Source: Eledone cirrhosa (taxonomy: Eukaryota). Taken from it: a DNA stretch of 64,000 nt. A program made the translations under genes and the position numbers. Location of the stretch: NCBI GenBank assembly GCA_964016885.1, contig OZ024742.1, forward strand, positions 11,904,001-11,968,000, written 5' to 3'. The first letter of the stretch is position 1. Each line of letters opens with the position of its first letter. Shown one piece after another: positions 12,580 to 24,265 of this stretch. Under the pieces are notes generated by a model. It was not told the DNA's origin. It was given only the letters and a program-made list of their open reading frames with translations, and ran no database searches.

Positions 12580-14418
12580 GTTGGTGCTGAAGAGTTAAAA
12601 AGGAAGAGGAAAGGAAATGACATACCTCTTCTTCTCCTGGGGACCAGGCTGCACAATTTCCATGGGGGTGTTGGAAGGGTTGTTTGGTGGAGTGGTGGTT
12701 TGTGGTGGGTGAGGACATCAGTGTGTGGTGGGATTAGGGTGTTTGGTGGGGTGTGGGTGTCTGGTGTGGGGGTGGGGAAACATCTCAATAGGACGCTGTT
12801 ATGTGGTTTGGTGCAGTTGGTCCCCACATGCATTGGATGGTTCTTTTTCAAAGTTACATAGGTTTCCGTTGGGACCCTAATCATCATTAGGTGCGGTTTG
12901 TTCGCTGCGTAGGTGAAAGTGATCCCTTCGGTTTCCACCGAAGGGTTATTTTCTATCGCTTTCATCAACGTTTTATTGTTCTTGTTAATGTATGTATAGA
13001 GTTTTTGTTGTGTTGTGTTTGTTTTTGTTTGTTGTTCTTGTGCGTGTTTGCGTTTTGTAGTACGTGTTATGTTTTGGGGAGGGTTTTTTTTTATTTGTGA
13101 TGTTTGTTCTGTTTGTGCTGGTGGTTGTGTTTGTGGCATTTTTGTTAATGTGGTGCCTTTTTTTTTTCCTTTTCACCTGTTGAAAGGGTTCTCCCTCGTC
13201 GTCACTGGGTGACGTTGATACTGATTCCTCTTCCGTGTTGTTGGGGAGGGGTATATTTTGGGGTTTTGTTGTGGTTGCTTTTGTATTTGTTTTAGGTGGG
13301 GAGGGGTGGGGTGGAACAGTGTTTTTTGTAGTTACTTTTCCGTCTTGTTGTTGTTGTGGTGGTGGTGGTGGTGGTGGTGGTTGTGTAGTTGTGTTCGGGA
13401 TTGGCAGAAGAGCCTTTTTTTTTACTCGTTAATTGAGGACAGGCAGCCCTCAGGTGACCCCTGCTTAAGCAGTGGTAACATGACGGCCGCCTTCCCTCCA
13501 CTGAAATGTTTATATAAGTTAGCCCGTCCAGAGGCACGCGTTGTGGGATATTCGTTATTCGTTCTGGGCTCATTTGCACCAGAACTTCTACGCTGGTCCC
13601 ACGAAATACACCTCCGGAGGACTTTCCTATTGAAATTATCTTGTCTTCGTCAAAGTCAATGATTCCACATAGTATCCACCAAATATTTACATTTTGTGTG
13701 ATACTCATTATTTTTATTCTTTGTGTCCTTTTTCCCCTGTATGTGGGGAAAAAGGTGAAGCGGGGGAACACAATGGGTGATACCGAGTACTTTTGAGCTG
13801 TTGACTGGTTGTTCATTAGCAGCGAAATGCTACCAAACAGTTTACCTTTTTGTATGAAGGTTAAGTCCTTCATTGCATCTTTTAGAACCAGTTTAATTTC
13901 ATTTTGTGATAATTGAGCTGGTTTTCTTGTTTCGTTCGATATTGTCCTGAAAACCACAGTTTTTAGGACAGCCTCTCTACGTAATTCCTGTGGAGAATTG
14001 ATGCTAAAAGCACCGTTTTCGCCAAAAGTCACGAATTGTTTTGCGTCTTGTAATAGTTGTTTAGCATTTGTTATGTCTATTGGCGTGTATAGTTCGTTTT
14101 TTTTACAGTCTGTGCGAATGTTGTTTTGGTGTTGTTGTCTTTTTTGTTGCTGTCACTGTTGGTAATATTGTTCATGTTTTCCTTGGTGTTGCTATTGTTG
14201 CAGTTGTTGGTTGTGGTGTTATTGTCATTGTTCTTGTTGTTGGTGCTGGTATTATTTACCGGGTTTGGTTTCGTGGTTTCAATATTTTTAACGTTTTTCG
14301 ATAATGCGAGGGGGGAAGGCTGCAAGCTTTGTACTCCTGCCTTACCTCCACCACTTTTCTTAGTGGGCGTGGCACTCACGACAGTGTGCGATGTGGAAAT
14401 GGCATCCATTGCCACCAA
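12567..14418 (-). pseudogene. Tx1/L1 ORF1 (Gag-like, CCHC zinc knuckle), split over three frames
   Basis: Fragments 14077-14418, 13292-14032 (CYHCLSRGHLRAAC = CX2CX4HX4C) and 12567-13139, directly upstream of ORF2. Confidence 0.8.
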
Positions 14419-14596
14419 GTCTACACAGTTTTGAGATGAAAATGAAAATTTCGCCCCAGAAAGGGGCGAAAATTAGTTGACTCAACGTCTGACGGCCCAG
14501 GCTAAACCAAACAATGTTATTAAATTGAGCAATAAACTTTGTTTTTTTTACAATAATCCGTAAAAGTCCGGAGCAAAGTAATTCACGTCTATATCA

Positions 14597-15020
14597 AGTG
14601 GTAATTGATATAGAGAGGAATGTTAGGAGAGTGTGTTGTATGGTAGATATAGAGAGGGGGAGGGGATGGTAGTGATGGATAGAGTGAGAGGGAATGAGAG
14701 AGAGTGTGTTGTATGGTAGATATTGTGGTGGGGATAGTTTGATGGTAATTGATATAGAGAGGGGAAGAGTTTGGTGTTAATTGATATAGAGAAGGGGATT
14801 GGAAGAAAGTTCTGTGCAGTAGATATAGAGAGGTGGATCGGGAGAGATAAGTGTAGATATTTATAGAGAGTGGTGATTGTAGTAGTGTTAGATATAGAGA
14901 GAGGGATAAGAGAGTCAGTGTCGTGGTAGATATAGAGAGGGGTAGAATTTTGTTTTAGTAGATACAGAGAGGGGGATTAAAAGAGATTTTTTTGTGTTAG
15001 ACATAGAGAGGAGGAAAGTT
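14597..15020. repeat. Degenerate GA-rich minisatellite (..GATATAGAGAGGGG..)
   Basis: The recurring unit is also present at ~8845-8942 on the other side of the LINE. Confidence 0.7.
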
Positions 15021-15041
15021 TGGTGGTACTTTCGGGTCCCA

Positions 15042-15220
15042 AAAGTCAATACTGAAGAAGAAGAATTTAAATATTCATTTGTTATGGCTAAATGGTGAAC
15101 CTTGTTTCTCTGGAGTCTCACCTGGGTACTCACAGGATCATCAGACAAGACTGGTGTTCCTGTGAGTGAGCAGGTGAAATTTTCGAGTAATAAAGCCCAC
15201 CAGTAGCCATAATAAATCAG
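15042..15220. mobile_element. Short element with back-to-back degenerate hammerhead motifs (family C; also ~6553-6650 and 24040-24190)
   Basis: Minus strand 15101-15149: CUUGU-CUGAUGA-U-CCUG..CAGG-U-GAGA-CUCCAGAG-AA-ACAAG. An inverted degenerate copy follows at ~15151-15195. Confidence 0.65.
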
Positions 15221-15239
15221 TGTTTATATATATATACAT

Positions 15240-15598
15240 ACTCAGACTCAGACTCAGAAGCTCCCGCGTCTTGCGACGCATGAGGCAATCATAGTGTTCC
15301 ATCGCGTTCGGTCAGCAGCCAGTTGCACAGCGTCCCACGATTGTCTGTTTGTCGCTCGCAGGTCCCTCTCAACTGTCTGGCGCCAATTCATTTTGGGTCG
15401 CCCTCTCCGTCTGCTTCCCTGCGGGCTCAATTTAAGTACCTGGTTCGCCAGTCTCTCCGGGGGAAGTCTCAAAGCGTGTCCAAACCAGCCCAGGCGTCGC
15501 TTGCTGATGGTAGAAGAGACTAGCTGCTGGTTGGTGCAGTTCCTGACTTTCTGGTTTGTTACATGGTCACTCCATTTAACCCTCAGGATCTTTCGCAG
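15240..15598 (-). mobile_element. RTE-clade LINE 3' fragment with (TGAGTC)n tail
   Basis: LRKILRVKWSDHVTN..RRLGWFGHALR..GSRRRGRPKMNW..AADRTRW, typical RTE C-terminus. Short tandem-repeat tail at the stop codon. Confidence 0.88.
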
Positions 15599-16132
15599 AT
15601 ATATACATAGGAGGTGAACAAATTGTGTAAAATACCAGTTTCTTACCAAATGCGAAAAAGCTCGATATATTAACCCCTTAGAATCGGGTACAGAGCCTAA
15701 TTTTTTTAATAATTATATTTTTATCTCTAAACTACTTAAACACTCATCAATTCGCGCATGCGCTACAATTTATATACATGTTATTTTTATCGCATATCGA
15801 GGTTTTCTGGCAATTTTAGAGTGCAAAGAGCTAAATCACTACAACTAAATTGACGAAATTCCCCCCTCCCCCAATTCCGAAATGCTACCACCGCCCCTGA
15901 TATACATACATGACATTTTCTAAAGAGAAACGGTGTGGAGAGTTCCTATATGGAGGAGGTAAATTTAATCCTCCCTTATCCGGTGTAATGACATTACATT
16001 GGCTTTAGTGATTTTAGTCGTCCACACATCGTTGCAAACCTTCAGTCAGGTGTAATATCTCAAGGTAACTTTATGACATTTGGGGTGGACCTCAATATCG
16101 TCATAATCACTCCCCTTCCTTTTCCTTGCTAA

Positions 16133-16478
16133 ATACAAAGGTCGGGTGAAAATTTTATGGGATGGAAAGTTCATAAGCTGACCAAGATACTCTCATGCAA
16201 TGACCAAATAAGGCTTATTTTTTAACATATTGCCTGGAAAGAAACCATGCAGTTATTAATAAGAAGAGTTGAAATTAATTATGTCTACTTTTGGCACAAT
16301 TATCCCAGTGTATTACTGGTACTTTATTTTATCGACCCCGTAAGGATGAAAGGCAAAGTTAACCTCGACGGGATTTGAACTCAGACTATAAATAGTTGAA
16401 ATGAATGCATGCAAGATTTCACAGCCCTAGAATCATTCCTTCTTAGTCAACCTATGAACGATTCAGCCCAGCCTCGTA
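16133..16478. mobile_element. Mariner-like MITE copy 1, interrupted by a SINE A fragment (~16284-16386, minus)
   Basis: TIR-like ends TACAAAGGTCGGGTGAAAA..TTCATAAGCTGAC and GTCAACCTATGAAC..CAGCCTCGTA with TA flanks. Internal sequence shared with 16656-16856. Confidence 0.65.
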
Positions 16479-16653
<175 letters not shown>

Positions 16654-16655
16654 GT

Positions 16656-16856
16656 TTGAGGGTTGGCTAAACAGTCCATAGGCTGACCAAGATACTCTCA
16701 TGGAATGACCAAATGAGGTTTATTTTTCAACATAGTCCCCCGGAAGAAACAATGCAGTTATTAATAAAAAGAGTTGAAATTAATATATGTAACATTTCAC
16801 AGCCCTAACATCACTCCTTCATAGTCAACCTATGAACCTTCCCGCTGACCTTAGTA
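16656..16856. mobile_element. Mariner-like MITE copy 2
   Basis: GAGGGTTGGCT..CATAGGCTGAC / GTCAACCTATGAAC..GACCTTAGTA inverted ends, with TTATTTTTCAACATAGTCCCC inside. Confidence 0.65.
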
Positions 16857-16939
16857 TGTCATAACTCGCCGCCTAAAGACGAGTTATACACATGGTAACC
16901 CTAGCCGCGATATATGCACCACACTATATTTAATTTAGT

Positions 16940-17226
16940 GCAACATGTAGACATATAAAGTCAGAAAGTAGCAGAGCTCCCATGACTTTCAGAAATATTT
17001 TTTCACGCTCAGAGTTGCTGAGGCATGGAACAAACCATCCTTTAAAACCTCGCCAACACTACACCTGATATCCCCCCCCCCCATACACACGCATACATCT
17101 ATATCATGACTCCTACACTATTCACTTTCCTGACATTTGTACATTATTCTATGTACTGTACATACACCTTTGATGAGTTGTAGTACACCTGAGCACTGTA
17201 CACAATAATTTCATTATTATTATTAT
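16940..17226 (+). mobile_element. CR1/L2-type LINE 3' fragment
   Basis: Encodes YFFTLRVAEAWNK (FFxxRVxxxWN C-terminal motif) and ends in (ATT)n. Confidence 0.65.
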
Positions 17227-17237
17227 GCAAAGCTCAA

Positions 17238-17620
17238 GGGCAGCGGATTGGCTGTATCGGTAGAGGGTCGGACGCCATGATTTGCAACATAGAGTTACAG
17301 GCCTTTATGATCTGAGTTCAAATCCCGCCGAAGTAAATTTTGCCTTTCATTTTTACGGGGGTCGATAAAATAAAATACCAGTAATGTACTGGGATCAATT
17401 TAATCGACATTCCTCTCCCCCAAAATTGCTGATCTTGTGCCTATATAAGAAACCCTTATTATATAAAGGCAAAGTTAACCTCGGCGGGATTTGAATTTAT
17501 GGTCTGATTTCAAATCCCACCGAGGTTAACTTTTCCTTTCATCCTTACGGAGTCGATAAAATAAAGTACCAGTAATGTACTGAACTAATTGCTGGCCTTG
17601 TGCCAATAGTAGAAACAATT
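17238..17620 (+). mobile_element. Cluster of SINE A copies (17238-17453 +, short inverted piece ~17465-17495, 17503-17620 +)
   Basis: Matches to the SINE A consensus. Confidence 0.85.
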
Positions 17621-17834
17621 ATATAAAGGTGACGTCTATATAATCTGTTATATTTTTAGTTGTGTGACAATTCCACAGGACTGAACACATAGTGTGACAC
17701 ATAGCAGAAGAATTAGGTAAAATATATGTTATATGAATGGTAGGTTATGTCGTTATATTAGTTAACTTTCAAACTACTTTAGAAGCTTGTCCATCCTTTC
17801 CTTCTTAATTTGGCACAGAAAAAAATGTGTGTGC

Positions 17835-17877
<43 letters not shown>

Positions 17878-18000
17878 CGCATACACACACAAATGCATAT
17901 ATATATATATATCCATCCCATGCATGCGTGGAAAAACGGATGTTAAATCGATGACGATGATATATACTTATATACACACACACACACACACACACACGCG

Positions 18001-18050
<50 letters not shown>

Positions 18051-18098
18051 GAGAGAGATTTTGAGTATATGTTGGTTGTATACCAACACCTCAGTAAT

Positions 18099-18395
18099 GT
18101 AAAATAAAGTAAAATAAAAAGTCAAATGTTTAAAATTTAGCTTCGTTTATTACTGCTATATATATTTCGGTGACAGCCATCTTTGGCTGTGACCTCTTCA
18201 GGCAGTCCGAATTAGTGTGGTATAGACAAGTACATATGTTTTTGAGGTGTATAATTTTGTCAATACTCTGATATGCCCAGTTCCTGGTTGGGTTGTTATT
18301 TCACTGAGGAACTGGAATCAATGATATGATTCCGAAATATATATAGCAGTAATAAACGAAGCTAAATTTTAAACATTTGACTTTTTATTTTACTT

Positions 18396-18402
<7 letters not shown>
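18099..18402. mobile_element. ~300-bp element with ~70-bp terminal inverted repeats and outward-facing hammerhead motifs (family D)
   Basis: 18100-18170 is the reverse complement of 18332-18402. Adjacent to (TA)n. Confidence 0.8.
18152..18206 (-). ncRNA. Type I hammerhead ribozyme with canonical core and palindromic minimal stem III
   Basis: ACUGC-CUGAAGA-GGU-CACAGCC-AAAGAU-GGCUGUC-ACC-GAAA-UAUAU-AUA-GCAGU. Stem I is a perfect 5 bp, stem II is long, triplet AUA. Confidence 0.85.
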
Positions 18403-18459
<57 letters not shown>

Positions 18460-18516
18460 TTATTTATTTATATATGTATGCACACACACACACACACACA
18501 CACATACATATATATA

Positions 18517-18602
<86 letters not shown>

Positions 18603-18944
18603 GGCAGAAATTTAGTATATAACAAAGCACACATTATCGACTTTGGATAACTTTAAACCTCCTGCCTGCTAATGAGATTTTGTTTGTTGAAGACAGACAT
18701 AACGATTCTATATGTTAACGTTTGATAAAGGAATGTTTATATTTGACAGACAAAAATATGTTGCTATGTTAGCATGATGTCGAGTGCAATTCCATTGCGA
18801 AAAATAGTGAAATCCTTGGGCAATGGAGAACACCTATGAAGGAGATGATATTTTTAAACAGTCAACAAGGCTACAGGCAAAATATTCACGCTTGTTACAG
18901 ACAAATATCAAGCTGTGTCAGTGAAGTGATGTTGTAAATGAGTA

Positions 18945-19780
18945 AAGAGAGAGAGAGAGAGAGGGAAAGCGAGAGAGAGAAATGTAGAGGGGAAGATAGT
19001 AATAGAGTGACAGGAAGAAAGGTAGCGGGAAAGAAAGAGAGAGAAAGAAAAAGAGAGATAACGAGAGATAAAGAGAAATAAAGAGAGAATGAGAAGAAGA
19101 TGAAGAGAGAGAAAAAAAGAAATAGAGAACGAAAGAAACAGAGAGAGAGAGAGTGAGAGAAACAGAGAGAAAGTAGGAGAAAGGGAAAGTAATAGAGAAA
19201 GAATGAGAGTGAGAAAGAAAGAGTTACCTTATTACAAAAATAAATATCTATAATTAAAATAAATTTAAAAACCTATAAAAATAAATAAAACTAGATAATC
19301 TGAAAATCATTGAGAGAAAAAAGAAAAGAAAAATCGATAGATTTCAATATAAATTTGAATTTAATATAATTCCGAGTTCTTTTATTGCATAATTAAACAT
19401 TAAACTCACGTATGAGATGATTTAAGATCACTAACTTAAATGAACATTTAATAAACATTAAAACTGATTCTACAAATAAATTAAAATTAAAAGAGAGAGA
19501 GGAGAAAGGGGGAGAGGTAGGGAGAGAGAAGAGGAGAAAGAGAAAGAGTGTGAGGGAGAGAAAGAGAAAGAGAAAGAGAAAGATAAAGAGAAAGAGAGAA
19601 AAATTAAGAGTTGGCGATAGACAGAAAAAGAGGGAGAAATTAAAAGAAAAAAAGAAAGAAAGGAAGAAAGACAGAAAGAGAGAGAGAAATAAAGAAATAG
19701 TGAGAGAGAAAAGGAGAGAGAGAGAGAAAAGGAGAGATAAAGAGAGAGAAGAGAGGGAAAGAGAGAGAGAAAGAGAATGA
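18945..19780. repeat. AG-rich low-complexity tracts (~18945-19220, ~19490-19780)
   Basis: Polypurine (AG)n/(AAAG)n sequence. Confidence 0.9.
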
Positions 19781-20410
19781 GATGTTTGTTTACCATTTAA
19801 TTTCTCTCGCAAATAAAACAAATAAAATAAAATAAAATAAATTCTCTTTCGTCTTTTGTTTTTAACTAATTTTTTTGTTTGTTTCGATGTATTTACAGTT
19901 TTAAAACCAATTTCACGATTGCAAGGTCAATTTGATATCCCCTAAGGTAAATAAGTGGATATAAGTGTTGTGGGTTTTAAGAACATAAAACGTTATAAAA
20001 CAAGCTATTTGTTCCGCTCACCGGTTCATCAACTCAATATCGTTTATTCATTCATCTATTTCTTCATTTCTTCATTAGTTATATGCAAATCGTTTCTTGC
20101 AAACTTGTCAAAATTCTACAGGCGAGATAATCGCTTTGATTTTTCTGATTTTCTCAGTTTCGCAATTCCTTCATGAAGTCTGTATTTCCTAACTTTAAAA
20201 GCAAAATAAAAAAAAAATGAAAAATATTCCAGTTTACATGAACTGTGTATATTAGAAAACACCTCGTCGTTCAAACTTAATATGTAAGACTGTAGAATCT
20301 ATACTGCAAAGAGACTCATATAGATATTTGCCTACACACACATACTCTCCTTCTCTCTATCTCACACACATGTACACACACGCATACACACACAACACAT
20401 TATATATATG

Positions 20411-20459
<49 letters not shown>

Positions 20460-20464
<5 letters not shown>

Positions 20465-21012
20465 CAAATAACGAAACGAAATTAAATTTCGTTTCGTTTG
20501 TAACTCACTTTTGTATGACTGACGCTTAAACAATTGAGTTAAAAATGTACATCCACATATGTATACTGAAATACTAGTATGCATATGAATACACACACGT
20601 GTACATATGTAGATGTACCGAGTTTTTCACTGGTCACTTTACTGTGAGTGTCCAGCTATTCTGTATGTAAACACACAGACAAACCGGTTTTTAGAGTCAT
20701 ACTGGTTTTTGAGGAAACACCTTTCCTCTATTCTCCAGAAAGCCAGACAAGGAATATTGGACTAGTTTCGATGTTGTTACATCTCATCAGCAATATTTAC
20801 CCATCTTCCGGCCTTTCTAGAGAATCGTAAAAGCACATATCGTTATATGCTTTTTCTATGAAAATTAGTAGTGGGCAGACTAATTTGCATAGAGCGTGAG
20901 TACGTACCGGTTCAACGGAGACGATAAAAACAAATAACGAAACGAAATTAAATTTCGTTTCGTTTGTAACTCACTTTTGTATGACTGACGCTTAAACAAT
21001 TGAGTTAAAAAT
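20460..21012. repeat. Exact ~87-bp direct repeat (20460-20546, 20926-21012) between (TA)n tracts
   Basis: TAAAAACAAATAACGAAACGAAATTAAATTTCGTTTCGTTTG..ATTGAGTTAAAAAT occurs twice and contains a perfect hairpin. Confidence 0.85.
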
Positions 21013-21032
21013 TAAATATATATATATATATA

Positions 21033-22341
21033 TATTAGAAAGTGAGATTTTTTTTACAAAATGAAAAATAACCGAGGTGTCCTACACGAGTGGTTCAGTG
21101 AGTTGTTGTTTTGTTGAGACTTTGTTGGCATTTTCGGTCTTCGTGTGGTGGGTATGTATTAGAAAGTGAGGATTTTTTACAAAATGAAAAATAACCGAGG
21201 TGTCCTACACGAGTGAAAGTATAAAGAAATAAAGATGAAATCGAAAATGCAACTTGAGTCTTATTTTAAAATATATATATATATTTATTTGGTTCCTGTA
21301 CCGGTTTCGCAGTTCTTCTGCTTTTCAAAAGTAGAGTTGAGATGGAACGTCTGTGGTTTTTCTCACATCTGGTTGGTCTCTGAATGGTACTTGTTTTATA
21401 TGGAAAAAAGTGGCTCGAAATGCCAGGTTTTTAGAGAAGTAATTTGATCGGTTGGTCAATAATTATAATAAATTTCGTGCCGGTTCGCGTTACAAAGTTA
21501 TTCAAACAAGGGGGGGGGGGAGGCTCAGGTTGTTTTTTTCATATATGAGTGTTTGAATTTCTTTTTACTTAAAATAAGGGGCTCACGAAGGGTTTTTTTT
21601 TTAATAAAGGTAATTTGATTGGTTATAAATGAAATTCTGGCTGTCACGTCAAATTACGTTTATTAAAAAAGCCTTCGTGAGCCCCTTTTTTTAAGTAAAA
21701 AGAAATTCAAACACAACACACACACACACACACACACACACAATCACACAAATAAACATACATATCTTTACTTTCTTTATTCAATAGGAAATCTGAATTC
21801 TGACACCCCAGCGAACTAACCATATTCACTGAACCAGAACAATTCTCCCATCCCATTTCTCTTGACCGTTATTTTTGCTTGTCATAAAATTCTCTAAAAA
21901 GGCTACAGAATGGATTTCCAAATAAGGGCGCGAAAATTTAATGAAAACTTGTTCACGTGACAACCATAATTTCATTTATAACCAATCAAATTACGTTTAT
22001 TAAAAAAAAAGCCTTCGTGAGTCCCGTTTTTTAAGTAAAAAGACATTCAAACACTCATATATGAAAACACAACCTGTGCCCCCCCCCCCCCCTTGTTTGA
22101 AGAACTTTGTAACGCGAACTGGCGCGAAATTTATTATAATTATTGGCATTTCGAGCCACTTTTTCCATATAAAACAAGTACCATTCAGAGAACCTCCAGA
22201 TGTGAGAAAAACCACAGACCCTCCACCTCAACTCTACTTTTGAAAAGCAGAAGAACTGAGAAACCGATAAAGGAACCAAATAAATATATATATATTTTTA
22301 AAAATAAGACTCCAGTTGCATTTTCGATTTCATCTTTATTT

Positions 22342-22348
<7 letters not shown>
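21033..22348. mobile_element. ORF-less inverted pseudo-LTR derivative of the Neptune PLE family at 38-43 kb
   Basis: ~21220-21660 matches the left arm at ~38193-38610; ~21660-22348 matches the inverted right arm. Same tail sequence, flanked by (TA)n. Degenerate hammerheads at ~21296-21333 (-) and ~22236-22273 (+). Confidence 0.88.
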
Positions 22349-22389
<41 letters not shown>

Positions 22390-22392
<3 letters not shown>

Positions 22393-23384
22393 GCATTATG
22401 AAGAAACATTAGATATAAATAAAAAAGATATAATATACCTAAATTCCTTCATTATCCTCGACTACGTAGTATCGTGGCTATTATGCAAAAACATGACATC
22501 ATAGAGATGCAGTATTTGTGTGAGGTTTGCCGACTTATCAAGAGGATACCCCATTTAGAGTTTCAAAACACGTCCGTAGGACGCGAGATAGAATCCCGAA
22601 AGGCATTTATATCTAATGTTTCTTCTTTCTTTATAATGTATTATATACCTCTGATATTGAATCAATCTAATCCATTGAGATTATTTTGTCCCTATTATTC
22701 AGAGAGCAACAACGGTTAAGGTTGGCACCACACAAATTCAGGGATATATGTGGGTATATGCATGTATATATATGTATTCGCATGTGTCTGTGTATTTCTT
22801 TGTAATGTTTATAACTCTCTACGGTAGAGTAACCACTGAAGTATAGTGACTGCTGTTAAGCTTACACTAATCACACTTCTCGCCATCCTAGCCAACTCTT
22901 CTACGGCCTTGACATAAATATTCCCCTCCGCCTTTTGTGGTATTTTATCTTGGTTGTAAGAGGCTGTTCTTGACCGCTGTATCATGTGATAAGTTCCCCC
23001 TCCGCCTTTCGGGATTCTATCTCGCGTCCTACGGACGTGTTTTGAAACTCTAAATGGGGTATCCTCTTGATAAGTCGGCAAACCTCAGAAACATACTGCA
23101 TCTCTCTGATGTAGTGTTTTTGCATAATAGCCACCAAACTATATAGTCGAGGATAATGAAGGAATTTAGGTATATTATATCTTTTTATTTATATCTAATG
23201 TTTCTTCTTTCTTTATAATGTATTATATAGCTCCGATATTGAATCAATCTAATCCATTGAGATTATTTTTTCCCTATATTCATAGAGCAACAACGGTTAA
23301 GGTTGGCACCACACAAATTCATGGATATATGTGGGTATATGCATGTATATGTATGTATTCGCATGCGTCTGTGTATTTCTTTGT

Positions 23385-23388
<4 letters not shown>
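22390..23388. mobile_element. Inverted plus direct duplicated non-coding element with long-stem-II hammerhead motifs (family E)
   Basis: ~22394-22604 is the reverse complement of ~23004-23210; ~22605-22805 is a direct repeat of ~23187-23385. Bounded by (TA)n. Confidence 0.8.
23060..23155 (+). ncRNA. Type I hammerhead motif with U3-A8 core and extended stem II (second copy 22453-22548, minus)
   Basis: UAUCCUC-UUGAUAA-GUCGGC..GCCAC-[C]AAA-CUAUAUA-GUC-GAGGAUA. 7-bp stem I. Each copy has a different single change in GAAA (CAAA, GATA). Confidence 0.7.
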
Positions 23389-23449
<61 letters not shown>

Positions 23450-23771
23450 AAGTTAAAACAATGAAATAAAAAATCAAGTCATTAGAAATATACTTCACTG
23501 CTTTACGATCGTTTCTAAGTGATGATAATACATCGTAACTATACTTCTTTATCGATCTATGTAAGGTTAGTTACAAAATATCAGATAGGGAGAATATTTA
23601 CATACATGGATATCATATAATGATTCTGTTTTCCTTTTAATGTTTTATTGTTTTCCGGGATTTATTTTAACCTACAACATTTTCATGATATGGATTACAT
23701 TGAGTTCTTCATGCAGATTAGACCCCACAACTTACCGTGGATATCTCTGTGAATATATATATATATATATA

Positions 23772-24005
23772 TAACGAAGGAAATGTGGTAAGGAACCAGG
23801 TGGACCATAACGCACCAAAGTACTCAATACTTAGGGTAGTAGAGTGGGTAATAGGAACGAGTAGGACCCCGACGGCTGAGATCAAGCCGTTTCGACGGCT
23901 AATTCTGGACTAAAAAAAAAAAAAATTTTATTTTTTTTATTTATGTCCAGAATTAGCCGTCGAAACGGCTTGAGCTCAGCCGTCGGGGTCCTGCTCGCTC
24001 CTATA
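23772..24005. mobile_element. Palindromic element carrying hammerhead 3' halves (family B; related to 53421-53511)
   Basis: 23858-23910 and 23945-23997 are inverted repeats containing GAAA-CGGCU..AGCC-GUC-GGGGU. Flanked by (TA)n. Confidence 0.75.
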
Positions 24006-24073
24006 TATTTATATATATACATATATACACACATGTATGTATATTCATTTTATTAAAGCTAAAAAGTGAGTGG

Positions 24074-24117
24074 TGTTACTCTGGAGTTTCGCCTGTTTAT
24101 CACAGGGTCGTCAGACA
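24074..24117 (-). ncRNA. Type I hammerhead ribozyme motif (family C)
   Basis: UGU-CUGACGA-C-CCUG-UGAUAAA-CAGG-C-GAAA-CUC-CA-GAG-UA-ACA. With the ~6590 copy the consensus stem I is GGCUUGU/ACAAGCC. Confidence 0.75.
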
Positions 24118-24206
24118 AGCCTTAATAAAATAAATATTCAATTTCCACTTCGGTATTGAGTACTCCTTTCTCTCAGCCGTGAAGTCAACCTCACACACAC
24201 ACACAC

Positions 24207-24265
<59 letters not shown>

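Larger units (their letters stand above)
8943..14596 (-). mobile_element. Near full-length L1/Tx1-clade LINE, frameshifted
   Basis: ORF1 with a CCHC knuckle; ORF2 with APE endonuclease, RT and C-terminal Zn motif; AATAAA at the 3' end. Candidate TSD AGT(C/G)GTAATTGATATA at 8927-8942 and 14597-14612. Confidence 0.92.
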
